The notes beneath the pieces are model-generated. The model had not been told where the DNA came from and searched no databases. It saw only the letters and a list, made by a program, of their open reading frames with translations. Below, in pieces: positions 1-12,305 of a stretch of 46,680 nucleotides of DNA (within the stretch, counting starts at the first letter, position 1; each line of letters opens with the position of its first letter). The stretch covers positions 1-46,680 of the forward strand of contig NKIB01014149.1 of NCBI GenBank assembly GCA_002256025.1, read 5' to 3'. Source of the DNA: Asterionella formosa (taxonomy: Eukaryota). The translations under genes were made by a program, and so were the position numbers.

Positions 1-354
1 TTTGATCAGGTCTATGATGGGTTGAGACCTTGTTGGGTTGCCAGAATTTGTCATGGGATTCCAGGAGGCAAGTCTGTAAGGAATGAAATATGACAAGGCC
101 TTCTTGTAATATTCCAGGGAACTCGAATGTCCAAGTGTTGGATTGTCATCATGTCCAGGGTCAGGACGGCCATACACCTTGTTTGCCATCCATTTGTATA
201 CATCCTCGGGCATAATCTCACCTAGCTGCTCATCACTAAACTCATAGCCATTTTCATATGTTGTGCCATCTTTCTAGGACATCATAGACACTAGGATACT
301 CCTGTAGGCACTAACTTGCTGTGGCTCATTGACTCTTTTCATTGTGGTGTTCAT
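1..354 (-). pseudogene. Degenerate 5' part of a Crypton(S)-like tyrosine-recombinase transposon ORF; runs off the window start
   Basis: Manual translation gives MNTTMKRV...FSDEQLGEIMPEDVYKWMANKVYGRPDPGHDDNPTLGHSSSLEYYKKALSYFIP...(frameshift)SGNPTRSQPIIDLIK. It has an in-frame TAG near 273. It resembles the 'SSL..KKA.SYF.P...GNPTRS' N-terminal region I recall from stramenopile Crypton-type proteins. Confidence 0.5.
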
Positions 355-807
355 CCTAATCTCGTTATTTTAGTATTCACTCCCACCATCAATCATCATG
401 GTGATGGGTTTAATTTTTAGCAGCGTAGAAGTACTGGAGTAGTATTAGCTAGTACTACATGTAGTACGGTACATTCCTACAAGGTTTAATTAAACCAAAT
501 TCCGGTAATTAAACCCCCAGTTAAACCGGGTTTAATTTTTCTACTGGCAAATACCGGTACTGTTGTAACACGGTTCTTCCACTAGTATTTTCAGATCAAT
601 ACCGTGACGGTATTAAAATGAATACAGGAAAATACAACTTGGGTTCAATTTTACCATTTACGGTACCGTTATACTTTGTGATTGTGTGACCGAAGAACGA
701 ACAAAAATCTACGGGTCGTCGACTCGATCCTTGTGGTGGCCTTTGAAAATAGCGGTGGACACAGTAAGGGTGTTCAGCAATCTTCCTACACCTAGTTAGA
801 CTTCTCT

Positions 808-1572
808 ATGTCGTTGAAGAGTGTAGAGTCAATTGCTTTGTTCGCTTGCGCCACATTGGTAGCGATCGCTGGTATCGTTCTTATGCAAAAGAAGAAATCG
901 GCCAGGGATTCAGAAAGGTGAGATTGAATTTCAATGTGGATGCCAGAACATGTAAATGTTGTGACTTCGGCGAGCACTCATACCGTCCGGTTCCATTTCA
1001 GCGTTACGATTACTCTTCCTGATTGGATCAATGATCCTATTTACTACTCCCGAGACTATGAAACTGACGAAGATAGAATGTCGCTGGCTATCGAGTTTTC
1101 TGCTCGGAACGTCGCCGAAGGAACAGGAGGCCCCTTTGGATGTGCCATTTTTGAATGCAACACCAAGACCGGTAAAACGAAGCTATTATCCGCTGGGGTC
1201 AACCAAGTTGTAACTCTCGGAAATTCAACGCTACACGGCGAAATGGTGGCGATTCAGTTTGCCCAGCAAAAATTGAATTGTTTTTCACTACAAAGGACGG
1301 GAAAAGTAGATACCGTGTACGAATTGTACACGTCTTGTGAACCATGTTGTATGTGTTTGGGAGGAACATTGTGGAGTGGAGTGTCGAGGCTTGTTTGTTC
1401 AGCAACCAAAGCGGATGCAGGAGCGATTGGGTTCGATGAGGGCCCTGTGTATGATCAATCATATGAACATTTGGAGACAGCTGGAATTAAAGTGGTTCGA
1501 GGAGTCCTTCAGAAAGAGGGAGCAGCAGTTTTGAAAAATTATGGGGAAACTGGAGTGATTTACAACCGTTAA
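808..1572 (+). CDS. Zn-dependent nucleoside/guanine deaminase (GuaD-like) with N-terminal hydrophobic segment; exons 808-917 and 1002-1572
   Basis: Motifs [19 protein letters not shown] and GFDEG. Intron 918-1001 (GTGAGA...CACTCAT...TTTCAG) joins [30 protein letters not shown] in frame to the 934..1572 ORF. Confidence 0.85.
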
Positions 1573-1846
1573 TAAGAACGCACATGTCTCTATGAACTTA
1601 GATAGTTGCAGTCCCCACTTGGACTATCTCGATATCGAAAACTTCAGAGCGCCACTTTGCCACCAATGGGCACGCAATTTCCTGGTTTCTCGTTCATGCC
1701 ACATTGTAATTGCGGAGAACGATGTTAGTTTCTCATAATATCCAACTATTTAGCATGGCGGATTCTTGATTAAGTATCTTGACACATGAAAACGAATCTC
1801 CCTAATTGATCTGCTACAACGACGTTGACAGCAAATTTATCGTCGC

Positions 1847-3553
1847 TTATGTCCCTGCGCTGGACATATGGTTGTCCTGCTCACTCTCAGTCGGCACATT
1901 TGAAGGAACCTCATCGTTTTCGTTGCATTTAACTCCGTTTACATGCCCATCCCCACTCCGTTGAAGTATTTCAGTTCCACTGCTGCTCCCTAGGTGGAAC
2001 TCTTTTTCCTCTGGCTCCACCATGACTGTACCTAACTTTTCTTTGTTTTGTTTCTCATGGTATCTTTCCATTGCTGCTTTATGCCGAAGTAAATCCTTAT
2101 CGGCAAGCTCTTGGTAGTATTTCCGATCGTCTGGAGGTAGGGCACGCCAACGTGCACCAACCTGGACGGCAAGTTCCCTAAAGCTGACTTTGCCGTGAGT
2201 CTTGCGATGAGGTCGACGCTTACCTTCAGTTTTTACAAGTGGTTTGAGTAAGGCAGCGCAAGGTGCATTGACATTCTCTTCATCTGTGGCAATTGAAAGA
2301 GAAGATGGTTTGTTGCCCTCCCTGTCCTCTCCGCCACCTAGCTCTTCGTCCTCTTCGTCTTCTTCTCTCCTTGGTGGTGTTTTGAGCTCCTCCAGGATGC
2401 GCACTCGTTCCTCAGAAAAGAAGAGATTGTATGCACTGAAAGGCCTCCTTGGCATATCCTTTGGTTTCCTTCGAGCCGGACGTTTCTTCTTTTTTATTGG
2501 GCCGATCTTCGTGAATTCATTCTTTGGATTGGGGCTTCCTCGCATTAATGGGTCCATCGCACTCTTCACACCTCCCAACATAGGTAGACTCTTCGGTCGT
2601 TTATTGAGCTCGCCTAGAAATTGCGACTCGCTCATGTGAAAGTCCATACGGTACGGTGGCGTGCGCTGTGTTTCTTGTGAGAAGCCTCCACCATCAAGGT
2701 GGTGCGCATAGGGAATACCGGTAGTTGTTGAATCCGGGTAGCGCATAGAATGCTGCGAAGGTAGAGATGCTGTGGAGTAATTGGAGGGGACCTTGTGCGA
2801 GTTTATCCCTCGATGTGTACTCGATCCAATCTGTTGGTTATGACTCATATAAGCGAGATTATTGTCGCGGTGATGTAGTTGCTGGTGTAAGTGCGCATAT
2901 GCAGCATGGCTATTGGGGTTATCCGACTGAAGATGCAAGTTATTCTGGAAACGGTGGGGATGGGATTGGAACGCACGGTGTAAATCACTGTATCCTTCAT
3001 TAGGGCCAGGCTGGTGGTGCATTGGCAGAGCTCGGAATATGTGCGAGTCCTCCCTTTCCCCTGTCCGTCTATGTTTCAGGAACGATTCGCCTTCAATACC
3101 ACCACGAGACGGAGCATATGATCCCTGGGCATCCATATACGTTTGATTGTCTGGGTATCCTTGGTACTGCTGATTAGTTAAACTTCCATATGGCGTACAA
3201 GCTTGGTATTGCTGAGCATGCAGTTGGAAATCTTGGTCTTGGTAATAGCGTTGGTTTTCTTCCTGTGAATATGAATACGCTATATCGCTGCCTCCGCCCA
3301 TACTTTGAGCGAGGTATTGCGTGTATGCATTCTGTTCAAAGCCATGCAACATAGCACCGCGATCACCAATTAGTGTCTCCTCCAATCTGATTGGATTTAG
3401 GTCAGCTGATAGATGCGTCTGATACACATCCTGAGCGTTCATCATCTGCGCAAGTAAGTTTTGAGGCAGAATAGGGCGATTAGCCGAATGCTGACCAAAT
3501 TCATCGTGACTACCACGAGAATCGTTGGGGGGCATGTTACCAGTGTTGGGCAT
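1847..3553 (-). CDS. HMG-box DNA-binding protein with long Q/H-rich low-complexity N-terminus
   Basis: KPKDMPRRPFSAYNLFFSEER...KVSFRELAVQVGARWRALPPDDRKYYQELADKDLLRH is an HMG box with an inserted loop; uninterrupted 568-aa ORF. Confidence 0.85.
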   Translation of the reverse strand: MPNTGNMPPNDSRGSHDEFGQHSANRPILPQNLLAQMMNAQDVYQTHLSADLNPIRLEETLIGDRGAMLHGFEQNAYTQYLAQSMGGGSDIAYSYSQEENQRYYQDQDFQLHAQQYQACTPYGSLTNQQYQGYPDNQTYMDAQGSYAPSRGGIEGESFLKHRRTGEREDSHIFRALPMHHQPGPNEGYSDLHRAFQSHPHRFQNNLHLQSDNPNSHAAYAHLHQQLHHRDNNLAYMSHNQQIGSSTHRGINSHKVPSNYSTASLPSQHSMRYPDSTTTGIPYAHHLDGGGFSQETQRTPPYRMDFHMSESQFLGELNKRPKSLPMLGGVKSAMDPLMRGSPNPKNEFTKIGPIKKKKRPARRKPKDMPRRPFSAYNLFFSEERVRILEELKTPPRREEDEEDEELGGGEDREGNKPSSLSIATDEENVNAPCAALLKPLVKTEGKRRPHRKTHGKVSFRELAVQVGARWRALPPDDRKYYQELADKDLLRHKAAMERYHEKQNKEKLGTVMVEPEEKEFHLGSSSGTEILQRSGDGHVNGVKCNENDEVPSNVPTESEQDNHMSSAGT

Positions 3554-4119
3554 CGCTTGGACGAACCAAGGGATTCGATAACAAATGACCTAGCTGTTCT
3601 TCAACGCTTATAAGGATGGATTGAGCGAATCCCCGCGCCTTCAGCTCTGCACAACTCCACCACAACGCGATGGACTTGTCAAAAATCGATTGACTCCTCC
3701 AGATACCGGTAGGCTGTAAAAATGCTCAATAGAAAAATTCTATTATCTGATGAGCGATGACATTTCGAACTGTGACTGATAATTTGCGGACTGGTACCTA
3801 CGAGGTACCAGAATGCACTTTCTTTATCATGATAGTACTCGATGCTTTCTGAGTTTAACAGATACTAACTAGACCGGTACTGTATTCACCTAGTACACAC
3901 ATAGTAAATTTTGTCGACGCCCAATCGAAAATGTCCTGAAATTTGCATAATATTTTTACGTACATGTTTTGAGGACCAGCTACAGCGCACTCCGCTAGTT
4001 TTTTCAAACACACGCCCGAAACTTTTCTATAACGGATCATCATGAACCACTCGGTGGAAATGAAATTTACTTATGGTCGTGTGCAACGCGCGACACTTGC
4101 TCCCTTGGTCAGTTAGAGA

Positions 4120-4198
4120 ACCAGGTACTGGTACCCTGGTACCAACTGGTACCAGTGCACCCTGGTGTGTCAGCTGTATACTGGTACCAGGTACCCTG
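4120..4198. repeat. GGTACC/CCAGGTA-rich palindromic low-complexity tract
   Basis: Repeated CCAGGTAC and CTGGTACC units. Confidence 0.8.
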
Positions 4199-4208
4199 AT
4201 GACCAGAA

Positions 4209-4297
4209 GCAAGTTGCGGTCATTTTGCTTAAATAAACAATTTGATAAGGGGTAACGAAAGCTGACTTTTAGTTTCAGCACAATTACCGCAACTCAC
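4209..4297 (+). mobile_element. ~90-bp TIR mini-element, copy 1 of 4
   Basis: GCAAGTTGCGGTCATTTTGCT...AGCACAATTACCGCAACT; homologous to the copies at 5194, 27031 and 35573. Confidence 0.7.
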
Positions 4298-5193
4298 AGG
4301 TAGCAGATACCATGAATTATGTATGTATTAGGAAAATCTACATCATTCGCGTTGATTGAAACCCTGGTTAGTCAACTGTGTACCAGGTACAATGAAGAAC
4401 CTATCACATGGAGCACTTGTTTGGGATAAGATTCGGATGCCAGGGCAATAGCATCGCAAACGTTGCCGTGAATAAAGAAATACGGCTAAATAAATAGTTT
4501 CTCTCCTCCTCCATCATCCTAATGGAAAACTACCCCTCAGTAGCCAACCGCACAATTTTGACTTCATGAAAAATGACATTAACTGATTGTAACCATTCCT
4601 AGAAGTTGGGATTCACGCACATTAGCCCTCATATCTAAAGTGGTTACCAGTTAAAGTCATTTATTATGAAAAGTTAGTTCATCCAGTGGATCCTTTTGAA
4701 AATGTCATCATCACATAAACAATATCTGTTTGGAGGATATCTTAGAGCATTGGTGGAGGCCTGCTTGACAGAAAAGCAAAGATTGTTGAGGAGAAAGTAA
4801 GCCCATTGTGGCTGGTGTCAGAGTTATCACAAACCTTGGTGCCTTCCTTGTTGATTGTCAAATGTCATTGTGGGAATGTCCTCTAATGATATACATGTCT
4901 TCTTTCATAAACTTCCTGAAGTAGGCACAGTTTGCGATTTAGTGCAACATAAAGACATACAGAAGGCACAAAGAGGAAATAATCTTGACAATGGAGTCTG
5001 TAAATTTATATTTATTAATTTAGATAAGTAATCTAAGATAATTCGAGTATCAGAGCACAATGATGATATTATATATTTTATCACCAACGAATATTTGTGA
5101 TGCAATCATTTTGGCACAAATTAATTTAGTATTTCGAAGCGCGCCCACTGTGTGTTTCTCTCAAATAAATGCATAAGGTTTCCCCTGGTACCA

Positions 5194-5284
5194 GCAAGTT
5201 GCGGTCATTTTGCTTCAATAATCAATTCAATATCGAATAAAGAAAGCTAAATTATGAATTTTTAGCAAAATTACAGCAACTTGC
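5194..5284 (+). mobile_element. ~90-bp TIR mini-element, copy 2 of 4
   Basis: GCAAGTTGCGGTCATTTTGCT...AGCAAAATTACAGCAACTTGC. Confidence 0.7.
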
Positions 5285-6926
5285 ACAGGTTGCATGTTGC
5301 CATCAATTTGCCAAACTGGAACGCAGCGCCGACAGGCACTCAAATTCGACTCCTCCGGTAAAATTACTTTGACATTTAATCAATTCTAACGGTTCACGTT
5401 TGCCAATTAATATCAATTTTATCAAAATCGAACTTTGAAGAATAATTTTCTGAAAAAACCAGTTTCTGAGCCTTGCTTTTCATTAAGAGTCATTGTAAAA
5501 TCTACTCCGTATCATACGCATACAGTAGCATGAATAGGTGTCTTCCGGTACTGTATTCCTTCAATTCTATCAATGTCGATTGGGCGTGTTTAGCATGCTC
5601 CTACATCTAAATGACATTGTTGGCTGTCCGTGCCGATGCTTACGTATCGACACTGTCCGAAGTTTGCCGGTCTGGAATCATCGTGTTCCGCTCGCGAAAA
5701 TCAAATCAAATCTTTCACACTAATGCCAAAATCAAATCTTCATACTTATGCCCATTATTCGGGTTGATGATTGGTCTTTTCTTTTTTCTCACCTTCTTTT
5801 AATTTTACCGTCGTCATTTGGGCACATGTAAAACAGAGGCGAGCACTTATGCCCACAAATCATTTATACTAAAACTGCCCAATCAAATGGTTTTCACTCT
5901 GTGCTGCTGAGAGCTGAAAGCCCTTTTAGTGTCTTGGAACAAATGGTCGTTCTTACTGTTGCCCCTTCGAGATCAATCAGTGAAACACACTCATGTACAT
6001 ATCTGTTTGTACATTCCTGCCGTTTTGTAGCAACGGCTCAACAAGGTGAACTGCCAGAAACATAGTGAACCTCGTGAGGTTTTTTGAATGAATGCTGGAA
6101 TGGATCATGCAGTAAATCACATCCTATACATCTCATCTAGGCAAGACCCCTAGACTACCAAATGAACAGGTACAAAGTGAATTAGTCAGCGAATTATTCA
6201 GCACATTTCGTTCATTAGAATTACTTTTTCAGGTGTAGCTCCGAACCAATCTAACGGTATTGGTAATAGCGAAAAAAGAACCGTTACAGGTTGTGAACAG
6301 CCCCATTTGTGGTCCGCCCAAAACCAGTAACGGTTTCTTTCATTCAGTTCGGTTGATTTCATCAGCCAATTGGCTCAAAATTATGTCAATTGGAGTTTCT
6401 GTCTCATGTCTTGACTAGCAGACTTTGAATGAACATGACCATCAATCTAGCATTTATTTCTGACTGAGGTGATATTCAACTGTCAGCCAAGATAAAGAAA
6501 TCACTGCAATATCCCATGCTTGCAAACCTAAAGGGGGCAAGAACAAAAACGAATTCTTTCCCAGAATTGTTCTCATGTTGACTGGTGAGAGCATTGCATC
6601 CAAAAAAAGTAAAATGCGCAGAACTTTGAAATCCCTCGCGATAGCTTTTAGTTTACATTGTATGCAATTACGTCATACTGAGTAATCCGTTTATATCGTC
6701 GTAACTTTATTTAAGATTTATTGAAACTTCACTACCTGGTATCCAAGGTGCCAGTATAACAAGGTGCTTGTATCAAGTACTCGTACTGTTACCGGTACCA
6801 AGTTGACTCCAATAGACTTCGCCGTAGTGCAGATGGCGTGTAGTGGGGGTCGAGAGTCAGAGTAATGATTTATAGTTACTGGGTTCGTATCAAAAAGCAA
6901 GTGCAGTAAACCCGATACCATTGCGG

Positions 6927-8402
6927 CTATAACTCTGGACCAAAGTTCAATGCACCCATGTCGCGTAGAAACCTGACTGCAGGATGGTTCTCACCAAACT
7001 CTTGCTGCGCCCACCATAAAGGCGTTCCACCCTTGCCTTTGTTGGTGCGTTCATTGACAGAACCACCGTTCTTGACTAGAAACTCTAGAACTTCTTTTTG
7101 ACCAGCGCGTGCCGCTTCGTGCATCGGTGTCCAATCATTACTATCTTTTTCATGCAGCAAATTGGGGTCGCGACCATGCATCTTCTTCAATATTTTCAAT
7201 TTACCCGTGGCCGCTGCAATATGAGGCGTCACTCCTTCTACTTCGTTGATGACCTTTGCTTTCTTCTCGATCTTTGGCTTCTTGACATCGGGTTTGTAAA
7301 CGTACGATTGACGCCACATGGTTTCTTCAATAGACCCTTTTGCGATGTAGGCCGGCAGGTCATCATTTCGTGTAGGTAGCGCCGCTCGTGGGCTTTTCTG
7401 ATTGTTGATCGCTTCTTCGTACATAATCTTTGCTGTTTCCGCGTCACTTTTTCGTGAGGCTGAATGTTCGTGTCTCTCCGTGTATCCAAGGGGTTCAAAG
7501 TGAATAAAGACGTTGGCAACAAAGCTATTTTCATTCCCTAGCAAAGGGAAAGGTCGTCCATGAACAATTGAGTGTGACTCATATAAAATCATCTCTCCCG
7601 GTTCTATCGTAATGTTTCGCGCAATTCCGTCATGTCCATAAACCTCGAGAGGCCAAGGTTCATTGACGTCTTGTGCAACATTTATAATGGCTGATGTGAC
7701 AAGTGGGAGTCGATCCACGTGAGGGGCTAACACGGCACCTGCCTTATAAACACGAATACCATACAAGGAAGTTTCAGTAAGTTCCAAACCTCCAACCCAG
7801 CTGGATAGAATAGGATAAACCAAGTCATATATCTTTTCCATCATCGAATACCCATCAGAATCTGAATCGTCAGGAATCGGAAGGAAGAACGAGCTATGTT
7901 CCCAATGATTGACATAAGTGTTGGGTGAATCCCAGTCTTCCGGTTGTTGCTCGTTCTTGTGCTCGTTCCAGAATTCTGTCAACAGCTTTACAGCTTCTTT
8001 GGGTGCCTTAATCTTGGCATATCCAGCGGAGGTAAAGTTCTGTCAGAACACGAGAAGGGGCGTATGGACAAAGGTTAACATTACATCCTTCATGTTCGGC
8101 AAGAAAGAAGCAACATATGAAACAAGACTCACCACCATAGACTTTGGCTGGTCTTTGTTCATCGCCAGGCGATCAAACTCGTAAACTGCGCAAAGGTCAC
8201 TAGCGTCTCCTTCGAATTTCGGTGGATTGTTTTCCCGGCATCCTAGCAGATATTTGTCATACATAGCTTGTTTTCCTACAAAAGGCCCGTCTTCTTTCAC
8301 TTTCCAATCTGTTATTGGGAACGAGTAGTCTAAACCATAATCAGCAGTGGTAGAAGCGAGACAAAGTAGGAAGAACAGGAGTGGTAGCGGTAGTGACACC
8401 AT
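6927..8402 (-). CDS. Signal-peptide 2OG-Fe(II) oxygenase-like plus ankyrin-repeat protein, paralog 1; exons 8402-8133 and 8039-6927
   Basis: Hydrophobic MVSLPLPLLFFLLCLASTTA; intron 8132-8040 (GTGAGT...ACAG); HVD and YESHSIVHGRP give the HxD...H triad; ankyrin motifs TPHIAAATG and WTPMHEAARAG; ends GPEL. Confidence 0.85.
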
Positions 8403-8479
8403 GGTATTAATGATGAATAGAAGTACCGGGTAATCATTCTTTATTTGAGTCAAGAAATAATACTTCTTCGTTGGGGCTG

Positions 8480-8665
8480 TGGTACCTGGTACATGGTGCT
8501 GGTACCAGTGTATCTTGGTACCAGGTACCAGTACTCTGGTAGTGTTCTGGGTACCTGGTACTGTGTACCAGGTACTAGGGTACCAGGTACTCTGGTACCT
8601 GGTAGTGTCCTGGGTACCTGGTACTGTGTTCCAGGTACCAGGTACCAGGTACCTGGTACCAGGCA
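8480..8665. repeat. Long GGTACC-rich palindromic tract in a divergent promoter region
   Basis: Dense CCAGGTACCAGGTACCTGGTACC repeats between the starts at 8402(-) and 8780(+). Confidence 0.85.
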
Positions 8666-8779
8666 CCACAGCAGAACACTGCTACAGCTGCGACTTTTAT
8701 GTACAACCGGCTACTAATATATGTTGATGTACAGTACTGCGTATGTAAATTATGTTATTTAAACTAAAATGTGAGGACA

Positions 8780-10423
8780 ATGAGCTCGGAAGCCAACATC
8801 GAAGCCCTGCAGCAACATGACAAGAACGACGACAGGCGATCCATTCACAACAAGCGCAAACGAGGGATGAAGCCGAGATCAGAGCGTGATCGAAAGAAAC
8901 CCAAGTCCAAGCACGACCAGCCGATACCTGTGTACGAATCAAATGTTTCGCAACTGCAGTTGGGAAATAAATTGTTTAATACTTGGGTCCGAACGATTGC
9001 GCCCTATCCGTTCACGTTCAAATCGCACGCCAAAAAACGGTGGATAGGGCGTACGGTGTTAGAGGTCTACCAAGATGAGTTTAGAGCCTATCCAAACTCA
9101 TATTACCTCACAGCAATTGAACAGGGACGAATATTAGTATCCGATGTGAAAGTGAATATAAACTATCAAGTAAAGGATGGAGATATTCTATCACACACTG
9201 TTCATCGACATGAGCCCGGAGTAGCTGTCAATTCTTCAGAGGGTATCGACGTCATCATGGAAACCGACGATCTTGTCGTGGTGAACAAGCCAGGAACAAT
9301 GCCAGTCCATCAATGTGGTGGTTACAATCAAAACTCGATGCTCTGTGTCCTCGAACCGAAATTTGGAAAACTATACAATATCAATCGATTAGACAGGTTG
9401 ACATCAGGGCTACTCATGTTGGCAAAATCATCTAAAGTTGCACAGCGACTTGGAAATATCATCCTTCATCGGGATTCTTGTGAAAAGATGTACCTGGCTA
9501 GAGTCAAAGGCAAGTTCCCAATGAATTGCAATATGGATATTGCCAAATTTACTGTGGAAGCAAAAATTCCACAAAATGGAGAGTGGATCACCCGCACAAC
9601 GGCCAAAATGAACAAAAAGACTGAGATCGTTTCTGCAGGAGAAAGGAAGGAACGGAATGCACTAGGCTTCTGGGTTACTGACATCAGTGGTGATGTTCTG
9701 CAAGAGTTTACGCTTGAACAAGTGTTCAAATCCAGTGGAAGTATTGAAGACTGGCTAGGCTCCTTGGACTCATTTCCTTGTACATCATCTGAGAAACTGC
9801 CGAATCTACTTTGGTTCAACTTGGCTTGCCCTGTTCGAATTGCGGAACACAAGGATGGTATTTGTGAGGGTGGGTCCTTTGCAGAGTTGGATGACGAGGT
9901 GTATCAACAGTCAGTCAAACCGGCTCAAACTGCCTTTGGTGTGGTGCGCTATGACGAAGCCACTGATTCCACTGTAGTTATATGTCGTCCAAGGACTGGG
10001 CGGACTCATCAGATTCGCCTGCACCTTCGCTACCTGGGACATAGTATCGCCAATGACCCAAACTACGGTGGAGATATATGGTATGGAAACAAGGACGGAG
10101 AAATAGCCTGCCAAGAAGCTCAAATGCTATTGAATGCATTAAACAACAATACTTCAGATACATCGATAACGGATGTGCCTGCGACTGAAGAGGAGATGGA
10201 GACCCTAGGAAGCCTCCATCAAGAAGAGGGAGAGTCCCTCGCTAATTTTGTCCAAAAAACTTGCGTTTGGTGTGCTCGAACTCGTGGCGGCGGCGTCGAC
10301 CGCGCAATGTTGGAATTCCTCGTACGCAGTCGAGGAATTTGGTTACATGCGATAAAGTACACCTTGATAGATGAACGCGGAATGAAGATCACTTATCGAA
10401 CGCCAGCTCCCGAATGGAGTTGA
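8780..10423 (+). CDS. RluA-family RNA pseudouridine synthase (RPUSD2/Pus9-like) with S4-like domain
   Basis: Motifs KRWIGRTVLEVYQDEF, VVVNKPG, catalytic NRLDRLTSG, GRTHQIRLHL and IANDPNYG; first ATG at 8780. Confidence 0.92.
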   Translation: MSSEANIEALQQHDKNDDRRSIHNKRKRGMKPRSERDRKKPKSKHDQPIPVYESNVSQLQLGNKLFNTWVRTIAPYPFTFKSHAKKRWIGRTVLEVYQDEFRAYPNSYYLTAIEQGRILVSDVKVNINYQVKDGDILSHTVHRHEPGVAVNSSEGIDVIMETDDLVVVNKPGTMPVHQCGGYNQNSMLCVLEPKFGKLYNINRLDRLTSGLLMLAKSSKVAQRLGNIILHRDSCEKMYLARVKGKFPMNCNMDIAKFTVEAKIPQNGEWITRTTAKMNKKTEIVSAGERKERNALGFWVTDISGDVLQEFTLEQVFKSSGSIEDWLGSLDSFPCTSSEKLPNLLWFNLACPVRIAEHKDGICEGGSFAELDDEVYQQSVKPAQTAFGVVRYDEATDSTVVICRPRTGRTHQIRLHLRYLGHSIANDPNYGGDIWYGNKDGEIACQEAQMLLNALNNNTSDTSITDVPATEEEMETLGSLHQEEGESLANFVQKTCVWCARTRGGGVDRAMLEFLVRSRGIWLHAIKYTLIDERGMKITYRTPAPEWS

Positions 10424-10555
10424 CTGTACGTACAAGCAAGCTCTAGGACTCCATTCTAAACTAGCAACGCGTTATAAACTAAAATCTTATTTATATCAAC
10501 GCAGATAAGTAATTCGTACTGCAACTACAAAGGGACCTAAGTAAGTGCCACCGAC

Positions 10556-12305
10556 TCAGAGTTCGGGACCAAGATCCTGGGCACCCAGTGACTCCAAAAA
10601 GCTCACAATTTCATGATCCTTTCCATACTGCTTCTTGGCCCACCACAGCGCGGTTCCGCCAACCCCTGAATCGGTACGCTCATTGACGTTGGCGCCCTTC
10701 TCAAACAAGAACTTCACTATCTCCTTATTGCCTGCACGGGCACCTTCATGTAGGGGCGTCCATCCGTTAGCATCCTTGCTATGTACAAGGGAACTGTCCT
10801 TCTCAATCAATTTCTGGAGACCTACTAAATCACCTGTCTGGGCCGCATAATGAGCATTGGTCGACCCAGTCGCAAAGGAACGTTGAACACTTCGTTTCTT
10901 GTTCGGATGCTTCAGTAACCAATTCGCCTCCTCTGCTGATCCAGGAATAATGTAGGAAGGGACTCCACTGACTTGGTCAATTTCATGACCACCGACACCA
11001 CGAGCAGTGGCTTCCTTATACTTTGTGTGTACATCAGTGGCTTCATTTTCCAAAGCCGCCATTTTGGCGTCATGGCGGAGCGAGTGGCCGGTGGCTACGA
11101 ACAAGTATACACTGGTGAGCTCAACACCAGAAGATGCATTTTTTATTCTTCAATCAATCGTGTATCGAAACTTACGTTCAAAATGAATAAAAATATTGGC
11201 CATGAAGCGCCCTTTCAAGGGGAAAGGTCGGCCATGGAGAACTGAGTGGCTTTCATACAAAACCATATCACCAGGCATCATGGTTACGTTGGTGGCTTTT
11301 CCGTCATGCCCGTAGACTTCCAATGGCCAAGGCTCATCCACGTCTTGATCTACATTAATGATGGCCGAGCTCACCAAAGGCAAGCGATCTACATGCGTAG
11401 CCAAGATAGATCCGCCCTTGTACACGCGGATTCCATACAAAGAGCATTGTGTCAATTCCTGGCCAGTCCACTCTTGAATTGTATCCCTCCCTGCATCCCA
11501 AATGCTCTGTTTCAAAGCTGCCCCGCCTCCTCTCAATTTAGTATCTTCTACAGACACCATAAGAGTCATAGATTGCCAATTGTTCGTGTAAGTATTGCCA
11601 GTACCCCAATTCTCGGGCTTTCCATTGTCTCTATTCTTGTCCCAAAATTCTTTGATCAGTTTGAACATTTTCTCGGGTGCTCTAATCTTCTTAAAGCCAA
11701 TATCAGTGTAGTTCTGATCAGATTTAAAGGGAAAATATGCAAAATTGATGGTGAGAAGTGCGTGCTGAACAGCATCACCGGTTCCTGGGGGCAGGAATCA
11801 ACATCAAAGCATCACCAAGCTCAACATCGAATCGTGGAAAGCGTGCTTCCCTACAGGGCACGCACTCTCGCCTCATTCATGTCGTTTCACTTACCGTCAT
11901 GCTCTGTGGCTGTCTGAGGCTCATGGCAATACGATCCCGTTCATTCATGAGGCATCGCTGAGCTCCCTTTGCTCCAAAATGGTCCTTACAACTTTGCAAA
12001 AAATCATCATAGAATTTCTGTCTGTCTCCCAGTGGTTGCACCACCATTCCTTCATACGGGCGAGGGGTTTGAATGCTCGTATCGATGTTATGAGGCAACC
12101 ACGCAAAGTTGGTACTAATACGCTCGTGATGAATGGGAAAGGAAACATCGACGCCGTAGGAAACGTCCGCTTGGCCGTCCCCACGTGTGTTTTCTAGATT
12201 CCCTTTTGCTTGCTCGTTCGTCTTACTTTCCGACAACCAAAAGGCTGTTGCAGGTGATACCACAACTGCCGACACAACGGCAAGGAGTGCTAGGGCGAAT
12301 CGCAT
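10556..12305 (-). CDS. Signal-peptide 2OG-Fe(II) oxygenase-like plus ankyrin-repeat protein, paralog 2; exons 12305-11895, 11713-11176 and 11094-10556
   Basis: Signal peptide MRFALALLAVVSAVVVSPATA; introns 11894-11714 and 11175-11095 (GTAAGT...AG) restore the frame; motifs HVDRLP, HGRPFPLKGRFMANIF and WTPLHEGARAG; ends GPEL. Confidence 0.88.

Noticed and set aside
8480..8665. CRISPR-like array
   Set aside because: No constant repeat with unique spacers, no cas genes, and a eukaryotic context.
8403..8727. ORFs rich in VPGT/WYQ/YLVP (8043..8669 upstream part, 8445..8717, 8479..8727; similarly 4027..4281, 20822..21155, 39073..39441)
   Set aside because: These are translations of the stop-poor GGTACC repeat tracts, not real proteins.
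11246..11917. 223-aa plus-strand ORF and other antisense ORFs within genes (e.g. 2244..2639, 19122..19697)
   Set aside because: They are shadow ORFs opposite well-supported coding sequence and have no recognisable motifs.
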